DNA of 64,000 bases from Gammaproteobacteria bacterium (GTDB taxonomy: Bacteria > Pseudomonadota > Gammaproteobacteria > Ga0077554 > Ga007554): NCBI GenBank assembly GCA_023266055.1, contig JAHFRW010000010.1, forward strand, positions 4,139 through 68,138. The letters run 5' to 3'. A model generated the notes under the pieces. That model worked only from the letters and a program-made list of their open reading frames with translations, was not told the DNA's origin and did no database searches. Positions 1 through 8,153 of the stretch are shown piece after piece. Within the stretch, counting starts at the first letter, position 1. Each line of letters opens with the position of its first letter. Position numbers and translations under genes: made by a program.

Positions 1-19
1 ACATGCTGGTGTTGCGGCA

Positions 20-406
20 TTAGTTTGCGCCCTGTACTGCTTGCTTGAAGTCTTCCCATACAGAGGGCTCCCAGTCGCGATCCACGAATTCGGTTTGAAG
101 CGGTTTTTTGCTCACGATGGTGATGGTGTATTGAGAAGCCGATTCATCCGTGGGTTGAATAAAGAATCCCACCACTTTTCCTGCCGTCCCATTGACGACT
201 TGGGATTTGATAACACCAGAAGGTTTGTGACTTTCAACGATTTTCATATCAGTGCTCATAGCCACGGTTGCCGCACGCCATATCTGTTCGTAGCTCTTGC
301 CGCTAACGGAAAAGCTTTTGCCTTTACCGTTGCTAAGCTGCAGGCTATCTGTGCTTACGCAGGCGGACAAATACAGGCTTAACAGCAAAGTTAAGATGAT
401 CTTCAT
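20..406 (-). CDS. Lipoprotein of unknown function, second gene of a two-gene integron cassette
   Basis: Likely start MKIILTLLLSLYLSAC (lipobox LSAC) behind a GGGGAG RBS; the ORF-track start at 460 overlaps the upstream gene. Confidence 0.75.
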   Translation of the reverse strand: MKIILTLLLSLYLSACVSTDSLQLSNGKGKSFSVSGKSYEQIWRAATVAMSTDMKIVESHKPSGVIKSQVVNGTAGKVVGFFIQPTDESASQYTITIVSKKPLQTEFVDRDWEPSVWEDFKQAVQGAN

Positions 407-420
407 ATTGTCTCCCCTTG

Positions 421-891
421 TCATTTGCGCATATCTGGCTTTGGTTGTGCGCCAGAACACCTGAATATGATGACCTTGCTCTGGTTGCAGCTAGGTGTCA
501 GCTGAACATTGCCCACATAGCGAGCCTTGACGTTGCCAAGCCCTTCATGTCGAATCGAATATTGATCTTTACCACCACATGCTTCATCTATGGCAGCAAG
601 AGCCTGATTCCTTCTTGCCTGAACAAGGGAAGATAGTCCTGCATCACAGTAGTTAACGTCACCAGTTGGCTTGGTGATCTTCTTCTTGTTGGCGAAAAGC
701 TCCTTCACCTCGGATGGTGTAAGCATAGTTGGAATAGTACCCTCGGCGGTCATATTTGCCTGTTCCTCCGGAGTATATATATAGGCTTTGGCGGCGTTGC
801 TGCTGAACATTCCGCCGCCCGCATTTGGATCAATTGCACAGCCGACAAGTGCGATTGCTGTGGAAATAATTATTGTGATTTGTTTCTTCAT
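421..891 (-). CDS. Cys-containing lipoprotein of unknown function, first gene of the cassette
   Basis: Lipobox LVGC, AGAGGA RBS, starts 29 nt after the core of attC 920-974. Confidence 0.8.
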   Translation of the reverse strand: MKKQITIIISTAIALVGCAIDPNAGGGMFSSNAAKAYIYTPEEQANMTAEGTIPTMLTPSEVKELFANKKKITKPTGDVNYCDAGLSSLVQARRNQALAAIDEACGGKDQYSIRHEGLGNVKARYVGNVQLTPSCNQSKVIIFRCSGAQPKPDMRK

Positions 892-919
892 GCTGCTTCC
901 TCTTTGGTGAAAAAATAAA

Positions 920-974
920 ACCTAACGTAGAGCTAAGCGGCGGCGCAGCCGTCCGCTTGAGCGCCGGGTTAGAA
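920..974 (-). other. attC site
   Basis: ACCTAAC...GTTAGAA cores with internal palindrome (CTAAGCGG...CCGCTTGAG); near-identical to attC 2073-2127. Confidence 0.9.
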
Positions 975-1328
975 CGCGGGGGTGCAGTGGATGATGAATA
1001 TGAAAAGGACCCTGCACCTGACGCCTCCGCTGTTTTTCAAACCCTTGAGGGGACTACTGTACTCGAACCTTTTACCGGTGAACAGAGCCCGTGAATGGGC
1101 TTTACCTGATGCGGTTGAAAAAACGCCTGCTCTGGGCGACACGGCCTGAAAGGATCTTCATGGCCCCACTAAAGACCACGCCCCCGCGAAACCCTTTGCG
1201 GCAGAACAGAACGGGCGCCGCGGGTGAAGAACTCTGCACGAGAAGCTGCCCGTACCCCTGGAGGGTGGGGAGCGTGATGACACCAGAATCTGGCCCACAC
1301 ACTCAACCGAATCAAAGCCTGATGAGCG
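975..1328. ncRNA. ORF-less structured integron cassette, type A copy 1 (candidate ncRNA or structured ssDNA)
   Basis: Lies between two attC sites, no credible ORF, multiple hairpins, second copy at 2128-2481. Confidence 0.55.
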
Positions 1329-1391
1329 CTCTAACGTAAAGTTGAGCGGCGCGCCGCTTCTGGCGCGTCCCGCTCGAACGCCATGTTGGGC
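1329..1391 (-). other. attC site
   Basis: CTCTAAC...GTTGGGC; inner GTTGAGCGG-CGCGCC / GGCGCG-TCCCGCTCGAAC palindrome with an extrahelical base. Confidence 0.9.
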
Positions 1392-1402
1392 ACTTATGTT
1401 AA

Positions 1403-1669
1403 TTACTCAGACCACAGCACATCATATTTAGGAACCATTTTTTCAAGCACGCGTTGGCGCAACGCATCGCATTCTGCGGTGTATTCTGCGAGCCAAAGAA
1501 GAGTGGTGCCGCCAGTGTTAAACCCGGCGACCTCCCAATTTCTCTCCGGGAGGTTTATTTTTCTGAGGCTCCCGACGGCACAGTGGCAATCTTTGTGTGC
1601 CCAATCCTTTTCCAATGCCTCGTTGATAACTTTAAGTAGTTGCTGCTCCGAAAGTAGATCTTTTGCCAT
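1403..1669 (-). CDS. 88-aa cassette protein of unknown function
   Basis: MAKDLLSEQQ... with GGGAG RBS fills the cassette; the cassette core sites GTTGGGC/GCCCAAC are exactly complementary. Confidence 0.8.
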   Translation of the reverse strand: MAKDLLSEQQLLKVINEALEKDWAHKDCHCAVGSLRKINLPERNWEVAGFNTGGTTLLWLAEYTAECDALRQRVLEKMVPKYDVLWSE

Positions 1670-1715
1670 ACGGTACTCCCTTTGTTTGTGTTCTGATTTG
1701 CGTACGTCCCCTGGG

Positions 1716-1812
1716 GCCCAACGTAACGAAGTTGAGCGACGCTTGCAGCACAGAGTGCCGGGGAAATATAAAACGCTTCCCTGCAAGTGTTCGCTCGAAC
1801 GCAGGGTTGGAC
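1716..1812 (-). other. attC site (97 bp)
   Basis: GCCCAAC...GTTGGAC; GTTGAGCGA-C-GCTTGCAG / CTGCAAGT-GT-TCGCTCGAAC stem. Confidence 0.88.
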
Positions 1813-2072
1813 GTGAAAGGGGGTGCGCCAAGGGGATGTCCTCGTGAACGAATTTTTTCGGCCCGGAGTCTACCCCGCCCCGCTGACCCCTCGGTGAGTT
1901 ATCCGGGGCGAAGCGTCGGTACCGCTCGTTCGCATTAACGAACGTTATGCGACGGCGCGTACGACGCTTCGCTCTTTTAACATATTTTGACCCCTTTGTC
2001 CAGTGTGGCGTGTTTACTTGGCTCATATCATCCGCTGATACGGGTCAACGAAGGCGCCGCACCCCCTATCGC
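1813..2072. ncRNA. ORF-less structured integron cassette, type B
   Basis: No self-contained credible ORF; 22-nt terminal inverted repeat, a 65-nt long hairpin and further stems. Confidence 0.55.
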
Positions 2073-2127
2073 GACCAACGCAAAGCTAAGCGGCGGCGTA
2101 GCCGTCCGCTTGAGCGCCGGGTTAGAA
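2073..2127 (-). other. attC site
   Basis: GACCAAC...GTTAGAA; same family as attC 920-974. Confidence 0.9.
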
Positions 2128-2481
2128 CGCGGGGGGGCAGTGGATGATGAACATGAAAAGAACCCTGCACCTGACGCCTCCGCTGTTTTTCAAACCCTTG
2201 AGGGGACTACTGTACTCGAACTGTTTACCATTGAACAGAACCCGTGAACGGGCTTTACCTGATGCGGTTGAAAAAACGCCTGCTCTGGGCGACACGGCCC
2301 GAAAGGATCTTCATGGCCCCACTAAGGACCACGCCCTCGCGAAACCCTTTGCGGCATCACAGAACGGGCACCGCGGGTGAAGAACACTGCACGAGAAACT
2401 GCCCGCACCCCTGGAGGGTGGGAAGCGCGATGCCGCCAGAATCTTGCCTACACACTCAACCGAGTCAAAACCTGATGAGCG
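2128..2481. ncRNA. ORF-less structured integron cassette, type A copy 2 (first position, next to attI)
   Basis: About 26 substitutions and no indels versus 975-1328 by manual alignment. Confidence 0.55.
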
Positions 2482-2545
2482 CTCTAACTAGAAGTAGACC
2501 CCAATAAAATACCTAAAATTATATCAGACAGGTGTCTAAAGCTGG
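2482..2545 (-). other. attI site (boundary approximate)
   Basis: Last core site CTCTAAC is followed by non-palindromic AT-rich DNA immediately upstream of the divergent intI. Confidence 0.65.
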
Positions 2546-2633
2546 ATTTAACTATATTTTTTATTTAAAATCAATGGTAATCTTGTTTTATGAGCGATAA
2601 CCCTCATTTTTTAATACACCTTCGGTTTTATTT

Positions 2634-2816
2634 ATGCCACACACTCAAAATCCACCTAAACTATTAGAGCAAGTCCAGGCGAAACTCCGGGTAAAACATT
2701 ACAGTATCCGCACCGAGCGTACTTACCTCGACTGGGCGAGGCGCTATATTTTGTTTCATCACCAAAAGCACCCAGCGAAGATGGGGGCGCAGAACAACTT
2801 AAGGGTCAAGTTTTGA
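2634..2816 (+). pseudogene. intI: Truncated integron integrase (N-terminal SAM-like domain only)
   Basis: KLLEQVQAKLRVKHYSIRTERTYLDWARRYILFHHQKHPAKMG is the typical IntI N-terminus; divergent from the cassettes; catalytic domain absent. Confidence 0.92.
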
Positions 2817-2919
2817 CATCATTCATTATGGAAATACGCATAAATCCAAGTGTATTATTCAACGGTGTGTTTGATGATAAAAGGTGGACGGTGATGAATA
2901 ATGTCAAGACTGACCCTAA
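2800..2919. repeat. Small element with ~27-bp imperfect inverted repeats (REP/REPIN-like) at the intI breakpoint
   Basis: TAAGGGTCAAGTTTTGACATCATTCAT (2800-2826) versus ATGAATAATGTCAAGACTGACCCTAA (2894-2919). Confidence 0.7.
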
Positions 2920-2926
2920 TGTTTTT

Positions 2927-2973
2927 TCGGCACCTTGCGCACCCTCGCTACGAGGCTAATGTAAAATCTGGGA
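2927..2973 (-). mobile_element. Solo end of the MITE found complete at 58268-58444
   Basis: Reverse complement of about 58268-58314 with about 3 mismatches, followed by TAA. Confidence 0.85.
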
Positions 2974-2989
2974 TAATGCGGGAGATATC

Positions 2990-3739
2990 ATGATCTTCAA
3001 ACAATTATTCGAACCCAATTCATCAAGCTACACTTACCTGCTGGGTTGTCGTGACAGCGGGCAAGCGGTGCTCATTGACCCGGTACTGGAAACGGTAGAG
3101 CGGGATCAGCGTGTTATACAGGAACTCGGGCTGAAGCTCGCCTATTGCATAGAAACCCATATTCACGCCGACCATCTCACCGGCGCGCGCAAATTAAAAT
3201 ATTTGCTAGGCAGCAAAATCGCGGGGCCAGCACTTGATGGTATCGCCTGCCGTGATGTTGGTCTGCGTGAAGGCGAACTGTTTCGTGTTGGCAGCATTGA
3301 AATTCACCCGCTGTTCACGCCCGGCCACACTGACACGCATCACGCTTATTGGCTCGACAATGGCACGCATACGCTGCTGTTCACGGGTGATGCGTTATTG
3401 ATTGATAGCTGCGGCCGCACTGACTTTCAAAGCGGTAATGCCGCCACGCTCTACGAATCCATCCAGAAAAAATTCTTTACCCTGCCCGACGAAACCTTGG
3501 TGTATCCCGCGCATGATTATAGCCAGCGGCAAATATCCACTATCGGTCAGGAAAAAATCCGCAACCCGCGCATTGGCGGAAAAACCGCGCAGGAATTTGT
3601 CAGCATTATGCACAACCTGAATTTACCTTACCCGAAAAAAATGGAATTCGCTGTGCCCGGAAATATGAGTTGCGGCGAATGTCCGCCAAATGTGCCGGAG
3701 GAATTTAAAGGGCCGTGCGAGGTTAGCAAGCAGGGGTAA
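2990..3739 (+). CDS. Persulfide dioxygenase (ETHE1/Sdo-type MBL-fold protein)
   Basis: FKQLFEPNSSSYTYLL, ETHIHADH, TPGHT, GDALLI..CGRTDFQ, YPAHDY. Confidence 0.88.
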   Translation: MIFKQLFEPNSSSYTYLLGCRDSGQAVLIDPVLETVERDQRVIQELGLKLAYCIETHIHADHLTGARKLKYLLGSKIAGPALDGIACRDVGLREGELFRVGSIEIHPLFTPGHTDTHHAYWLDNGTHTLLFTGDALLIDSCGRTDFQSGNAATLYESIQKKFFTLPDETLVYPAHDYSQRQISTIGQEKIRNPRIGGKTAQEFVSIMHNLNLPYPKKMEFAVPGNMSCGECPPNVPEEFKGPCEVSKQG

Positions 3740-3753
3740 ATCAACCGTGAAAT

Positions 3754-4161
3754 TTACTCGCCCTCAGGCGGTACAACTCTCGGTTTGCGGTTTTCATCAA
3801 TCGCCACATAAGTGAGTATGGCTTCAGTAACTTTGGCAACGTGTAATCCCTGTGGACTAATCCTTTCCGCATAGACATCAACACTGACAGTCAGCGAAGT
3901 ACGCCCCACTTTAATGACATCCGCATAACAGCTAATTACATCGCCAACAAATGTTGGTTCATGGAATTGCACGGAATTTATGGCGACAGTGACCACATGG
4001 CAACGTGCGCGACGATACGCGGCAATGCTCCCCGCAATATCAATTTGAGAAACCATCCAACCACCAAAAATATCACCTGCCGCATTGGTATCAGACGGCA
4101 TGGGCGTCAGGCGCAAGGTGGGTTGACGATGCTCGGGAAGCACAATGGCGTTGGGATCCAT
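3754..4161 (-). CDS. Acyl-CoA thioesterase (YciA-like hotdog fold)
   Basis: MPSDTNAAGDIFGGW..SQIDIAG; VGRTS; TYVAIDE. Confidence 0.9.
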   Translation of the reverse strand: MDPNAIVLPEHRQPTLRLTPMPSDTNAAGDIFGGWMVSQIDIAGSIAAYRRARCHVVTVAINSVQFHEPTFVGDVISCYADVIKVGRTSLTVSVDVYAERISPQGLHVAKVTEAILTYVAIDENRKPRVVPPEGE

Positions 4162-4229
4162 ATATAATTTATCTCTGGGAAGTTAAATAATTGACAATAT
4201 AAATTTACAACAACACTTGATGATCACCA

Positions 4230-6059
4230 TCAATGCCCTTCATAAAGCTTTTCCACCAGGTCGCTATAACGCGTCATCACCAGATTGCGGCGCACTTTAA
4301 GCGTAGGCGTGAGCAGCCCATTTTCCACTGTCCACGGCTCCACGCACAAGGCAATACGCCGCACCTGTGCATAGGCGTGAAAACTGTTTAACTGCACACT
4401 TAATCTTTTCAATACAACATTACAGGCACGTTTATCCTGTAACAGTTCGGGATTCACTCCTAATGTGCCCGCGAACGCAGACCATTGTTCAGCATTCAAT
4501 ACGGCCAACGCCGCCAGATAGGGACGCCCTTCGCCGATCACCAACACCTGATCAAACAGCGGATCCATGGCAATTGCCATTTCCATATCAGCAGGCGGTA
4601 CCTTTTCGCCGTTGGCCATCACAATAATATCCTTGATTCGACCCGTGATATAAATATGATCATTATCAATACGCGCCTTGTCTCCCGTATGAAGCCAGCC
4701 ATCGGCATCAATTATTTTGGCAGTGGCCTCCGGATTCCCCCAATAACCCAGCATGACACTGGAACTTTTGGTCAGTAACTCGTCGTCATTACCAATACGC
4801 ACCTGTATGCTCTGCAATGGCGCACCCACACCCGTAGGATCATTATCATTGAGCCGATTGGCGGCAATAACCGGACTGGTTTCAGTCAAGCCGTAACCCA
4901 GTGTCAAAGGTAATCCAAAGCCAAGAAATACCTTGGCAATCGGCATGGATAACGGCGCTCCACCACACACGGCAAGACGAACACGCCCCCCCAGTCTGGC
5001 CATGACCTTGCTGGCGACCAGCTTATTCAACACCGGCCATAGTAGATGCGCAAAACGATCGGGACCACGTCCCTGAAGATACTGAAAACGTGACCAGCCT
5101 ACATCAACCGCCAGATTGAACAGCTTTCTCGCCAGCGGTGATTTCAACTCAAGCTGCGCCTTGATTTTGCCATAGACTCTTTCGAAAATACGCGGCACCG
5201 ATACTATTGCCGTGGGGCGCAGCGTCAACAGGTCTTCGGCAAGCAGTGGGATGCCGCGCGCGTAGGCCACCGTTGCACCACACATCATCGGTGAATAATA
5301 ACCGACTGTACGCTCAAAGGTATGGCATAACGGCAGGAACGATAAAAACAGATCATCAGGATAAGCGGGGAATCCTTCCACACATGCAGCCACATTTGAA
5401 AGTATATTGTGATGACTCAGCATGACTCCCTTGGGGCGACCGGTCGTACCGGAAGTGTAGACAATCGTCGCAAGCACATTGGGCGCCGCATCACGGACCA
5501 GCAGTTCTCCTCCTGCGGGCAACCACTCCATCACCGCCTTCACGCGTAGCTCCTGTACATCAGCCATCGATTGCAGGCTGACAATACGCAGCAACCCCTG
5601 CAACTGTGCCTTGATCTCCGGTGAAACGTCTGACAGGGTACGCCAATGTTCCGCACCTTCAATAACCAGCAGACGCACCTCGGCATTCTGCACAATATAG
5701 GCAATATTATCGGCACGGTCATTGGGATAAAGTGGCACGACCACCAGCCCCAATCCCAATGCCGCCTGCTCGACCATCACCCATTCACGACAGTTATGCA
5801 ACAACATTGCTATGCGGTCACCCGGCTGTAATCCTTCACTGAGCAACGCATGTTGCCAGCGTGCTACCCATGCCGCCATCTCTGCCCATGAGGTATCTTT
5901 CCACGACTTGCTGGCATCATCGAAATAACGATACGCAATGGCATCCGGGCTGCGTCTGACACGTTCCCGGAACAGACCCGCCAGCGTAACCGCTACTTCC
6001 TGGGAGATAATATCACTGACATGATCTTTCATAGAGGACCCTTGATATTCTTGAAACAC
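4230..6059 (-). CDS. Long-chain fatty acid-CoA ligase
   Basis: YTSGTTGRPKG, GYGLTE, WLHTGD, GRIKD and terminal TPTLK motifs; true start may be the Met at 6029. Confidence 0.9.
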   Translation of the reverse strand: MFQEYQGSSMKDHVSDIISQEVAVTLAGLFRERVRRSPDAIAYRYFDDASKSWKDTSWAEMAAWVARWQHALLSEGLQPGDRIAMLLHNCREWVMVEQAALGLGLVVVPLYPNDRADNIAYIVQNAEVRLLVIEGAEHWRTLSDVSPEIKAQLQGLLRIVSLQSMADVQELRVKAVMEWLPAGGELLVRDAAPNVLATIVYTSGTTGRPKGVMLSHHNILSNVAACVEGFPAYPDDLFLSFLPLCHTFERTVGYYSPMMCGATVAYARGIPLLAEDLLTLRPTAIVSVPRIFERVYGKIKAQLELKSPLARKLFNLAVDVGWSRFQYLQGRGPDRFAHLLWPVLNKLVASKVMARLGGRVRLAVCGGAPLSMPIAKVFLGFGLPLTLGYGLTETSPVIAANRLNDNDPTGVGAPLQSIQVRIGNDDELLTKSSSVMLGYWGNPEATAKIIDADGWLHTGDKARIDNDHIYITGRIKDIIVMANGEKVPPADMEMAIAMDPLFDQVLVIGEGRPYLAALAVLNAEQWSAFAGTLGVNPELLQDKRACNVVLKRLSVQLNSFHAYAQVRRIALCVEPWTVENGLLTPTLKVRRNLVMTRYSDLVEKLYEGH

Positions 6060-6077
6060 GGGCAGCTATCAGGAAAA

Positions 6078-8153
6078 TTATAACTCGGCCCACTCTGCAT
6101 CAGCCACAAAACGCTTGCCATAATGTTGCTCTAGCTCATGTAGTTTTCTGAGCTGGGTTTCGACACCACCTTCCTGAACATAATTGATCGGGCCGCCACG
6201 AAAGGGCGCAAAGCCGGTGCCAAAGATGATGCCTGCATCCAGCAGATCAGCATCAGCAACCACGCCTTCGCGCAGGCACGCCGCGGCTTCATTCAACAAA
6301 CGCAACATCAACCGCTCGACAATATCAGCAGGCGGCGTGTAACCAGGCCTGCCGTGTGGAATCTGCGGCTTGCCATTATGATAGGTATAAAATCCCTGGC
6401 CACTCTTGACACCCAGTCGGCCCGCGTTCACCAGTTCGCGCAAACGCGGTGGCACGTCCACATCAAGACGTTGCGACAAGATGTCTGCAACCGACAGACA
6501 AATATCCAGACCCACGGTATCGGCAAGACGAATCGGCCCCATCGGCATGCCAAAATCCAGGGCTGCCTTATCAATGATCGCAGCAGGTACACCTTCCCAT
6601 TCCATGGCCACAGCTTCCAGAAGATAGGGCATAAGAACGCGATTTACCAGAAACCCCGGAGAGCTCTTGACAGGCAGGGGTAAACGATCAATATGCCGCA
6701 CAAAGGCCGCCGCTTGCCGAGCCACTGCAGGGTCGGTAAGGGGACTGCTAACAACCTCCACCAGTTGCATTTGCGCAACTGGGTTGAAAAAATGTATGCC
6801 CACCAGACGACCGGGCTTTGCCAGCGACTCGCTCAGAACATCCAGTGGAATACTGGAAGTATTGGTTGCCAATAAGGCATCGGCCTTCATTTTTGGTTCA
6901 ATCTCACGGTATAACGCCTGCTTGGCCGTGATATCCTCAAAAATGGCTTCAATCACCACATCGGCATGACTCACACCCACGCCCTTGTCGTCCGGTATCA
7001 AACGATCCAATGCCGCCTGTATCAGACGCGGCTGCTTGAAACGCTTCTTGAATAACCCATAAGCCCGCTTGATGACTTTTGCCAGTGCATCATGGCGTGT
7101 ATCCTGTACGGTGACACGCATGCCTTGCAGCGCGCACCAGATGGCAATATCACCGCCCATCACACCTGCACCAATCACATGCACATGCTGCGGTGAAATC
7201 AAATCTTTCTTCCCCAGCGCCTTGAGACGTTCCTGGAGAAAAAAGACCCGCACCAGATTATGCGCCGTCTTGCCCAGCACAAAATGCGCAACTGACAACG
7301 CTTCTTCTTCCATCATTTTGACAGGATCGTGAGCGTGTTTCGCCCACAAATTTATCAAGGCGTAGGGCGCAGGGTAATGTGCTTCATTCGCTTTTTCTGC
7401 AAGACGATGGCGCATCACTCTTGCCAATATATTTCTCGCCAGACCGGTGTTGGTCAGTGATTGAATCAGGGTAGGACGATGCGGCGCCAGACTGGACGCC
7501 GCCGCTCTCATGATGACCGATACCGCCGCCCGCTTGAGATGACGCGCCGGAACCGCATAATCAATCATGCCGAGCTTCCTTGCGGTACGCGCATCAATGG
7601 TTTTACCGGTCAGCATCAAGTCCATGGCAGCCGGTGCGCCAATCAGTGGCGGCAAACGTACCGTACCACCAAAACCCGGATGAATACCCAGTTTGATCTC
7701 GGGCAAACCGAGGCGGGTACGCGGATCTTCATCAGCAACACGATAACGACACGCCAGAGCAAGCTCCATGCCGCCGCCCAGACAGAAACCATGGATCAGT
7801 GCCAGGGTGGGGCATTTCAAATCGGCCAAACGATTCATGGCACGCTGACCCCGCCGGATCAATGCCAGTGAGTCAGCAACCTCTTTCAGGGGCACGAACT
7901 CCTTGACATCCGCACCCGCAATAAAGCCATTCGACTTGCCTGACAATACAATCACACCGCGCGGCAACGCGTCCGTTAATGTTTCCAGAATATCATTCAA
8001 TTCATCCAGTACTTCAGATGAAAGAACATTGGCCGTGCTGTCTGCCTTGTCGATATAGAGCCACGCAATAGCATGGTCGTCGCGCTCAATACGCCAATGT
8101 TTATAGGTCGTCTGCATCTGGCTGTGGATATCCGGCTCGCTCATTGCTATCAC
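6078..8153 (-). CDS. Enoyl-CoA hydratase / 3-hydroxyacyl-CoA dehydrogenase (FadJ/FadB-like)
   Basis: FIAGADV, CLGGGMEL, PEIKLG, GAGVMG, TNTSS, HFFNP. Confidence 0.92.
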   Translation of the reverse strand: MIAMSEPDIHSQMQTTYKHWRIERDDHAIAWLYIDKADSTANVLSSEVLDELNDILETLTDALPRGVIVLSGKSNGFIAGADVKEFVPLKEVADSLALIRRGQRAMNRLADLKCPTLALIHGFCLGGGMELALACRYRVADEDPRTRLGLPEIKLGIHPGFGGTVRLPPLIGAPAAMDLMLTGKTIDARTARKLGMIDYAVPARHLKRAAVSVIMRAAASSLAPHRPTLIQSLTNTGLARNILARVMRHRLAEKANEAHYPAPYALINLWAKHAHDPVKMMEEEALSVAHFVLGKTAHNLVRVFFLQERLKALGKKDLISPQHVHVIGAGVMGGDIAIWCALQGMRVTVQDTRHDALAKVIKRAYGLFKKRFKQPRLIQAALDRLIPDDKGVGVSHADVVIEAIFEDITAKQALYREIEPKMKADALLATNTSSIPLDVLSESLAKPGRLVGIHFFNPVAQMQLVEVVSSPLTDPAVARQAAAFVRHIDRLPLPVKSSPGFLVNRVLMPYLLEAVAMEWEGVPAAIIDKAALDFGMPMGPIRLADTVGLDICLSVADILSQRLDVDVPPRLRELVNAGRLGVKSGQGFYTYHNGKPQIPHGRPGYTPPADIVERLMLRLLNEAAACLREGVVADADLLDAGIIFGTGFAPFRGGPINYVQEGGVETQLRKLHELEQHYGKRFVADAEWAEL

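Noticed and set aside
1319-1350. CTGATGAG at the end of type A cassettes as a hammerhead ribozyme core
   Set aside because: No GAAA after a stem II in either the linear or the circularised context, and no stems I/III found
1403-2026. 207-aa ORF in the ORF track
   Set aside because: The N-terminal 119 aa read through an attC and a non-coding cassette; the real start is at 1669 with an RBS
920-2127. Spaced palindromic repeats as a CRISPR array
   Set aside because: They have attC core sites, variable length, spacers of 260-350 nt and an adjacent intI; no cas genes
1091-2507. 82-aa and 87-aa + strand ORFs (MNGLYLMRLKK...) in both type A cassettes
   Set aside because: Most substitutions between the copies are non-synonymous (about 14 aa changes), and the ORFs run into attC/attI with different stops
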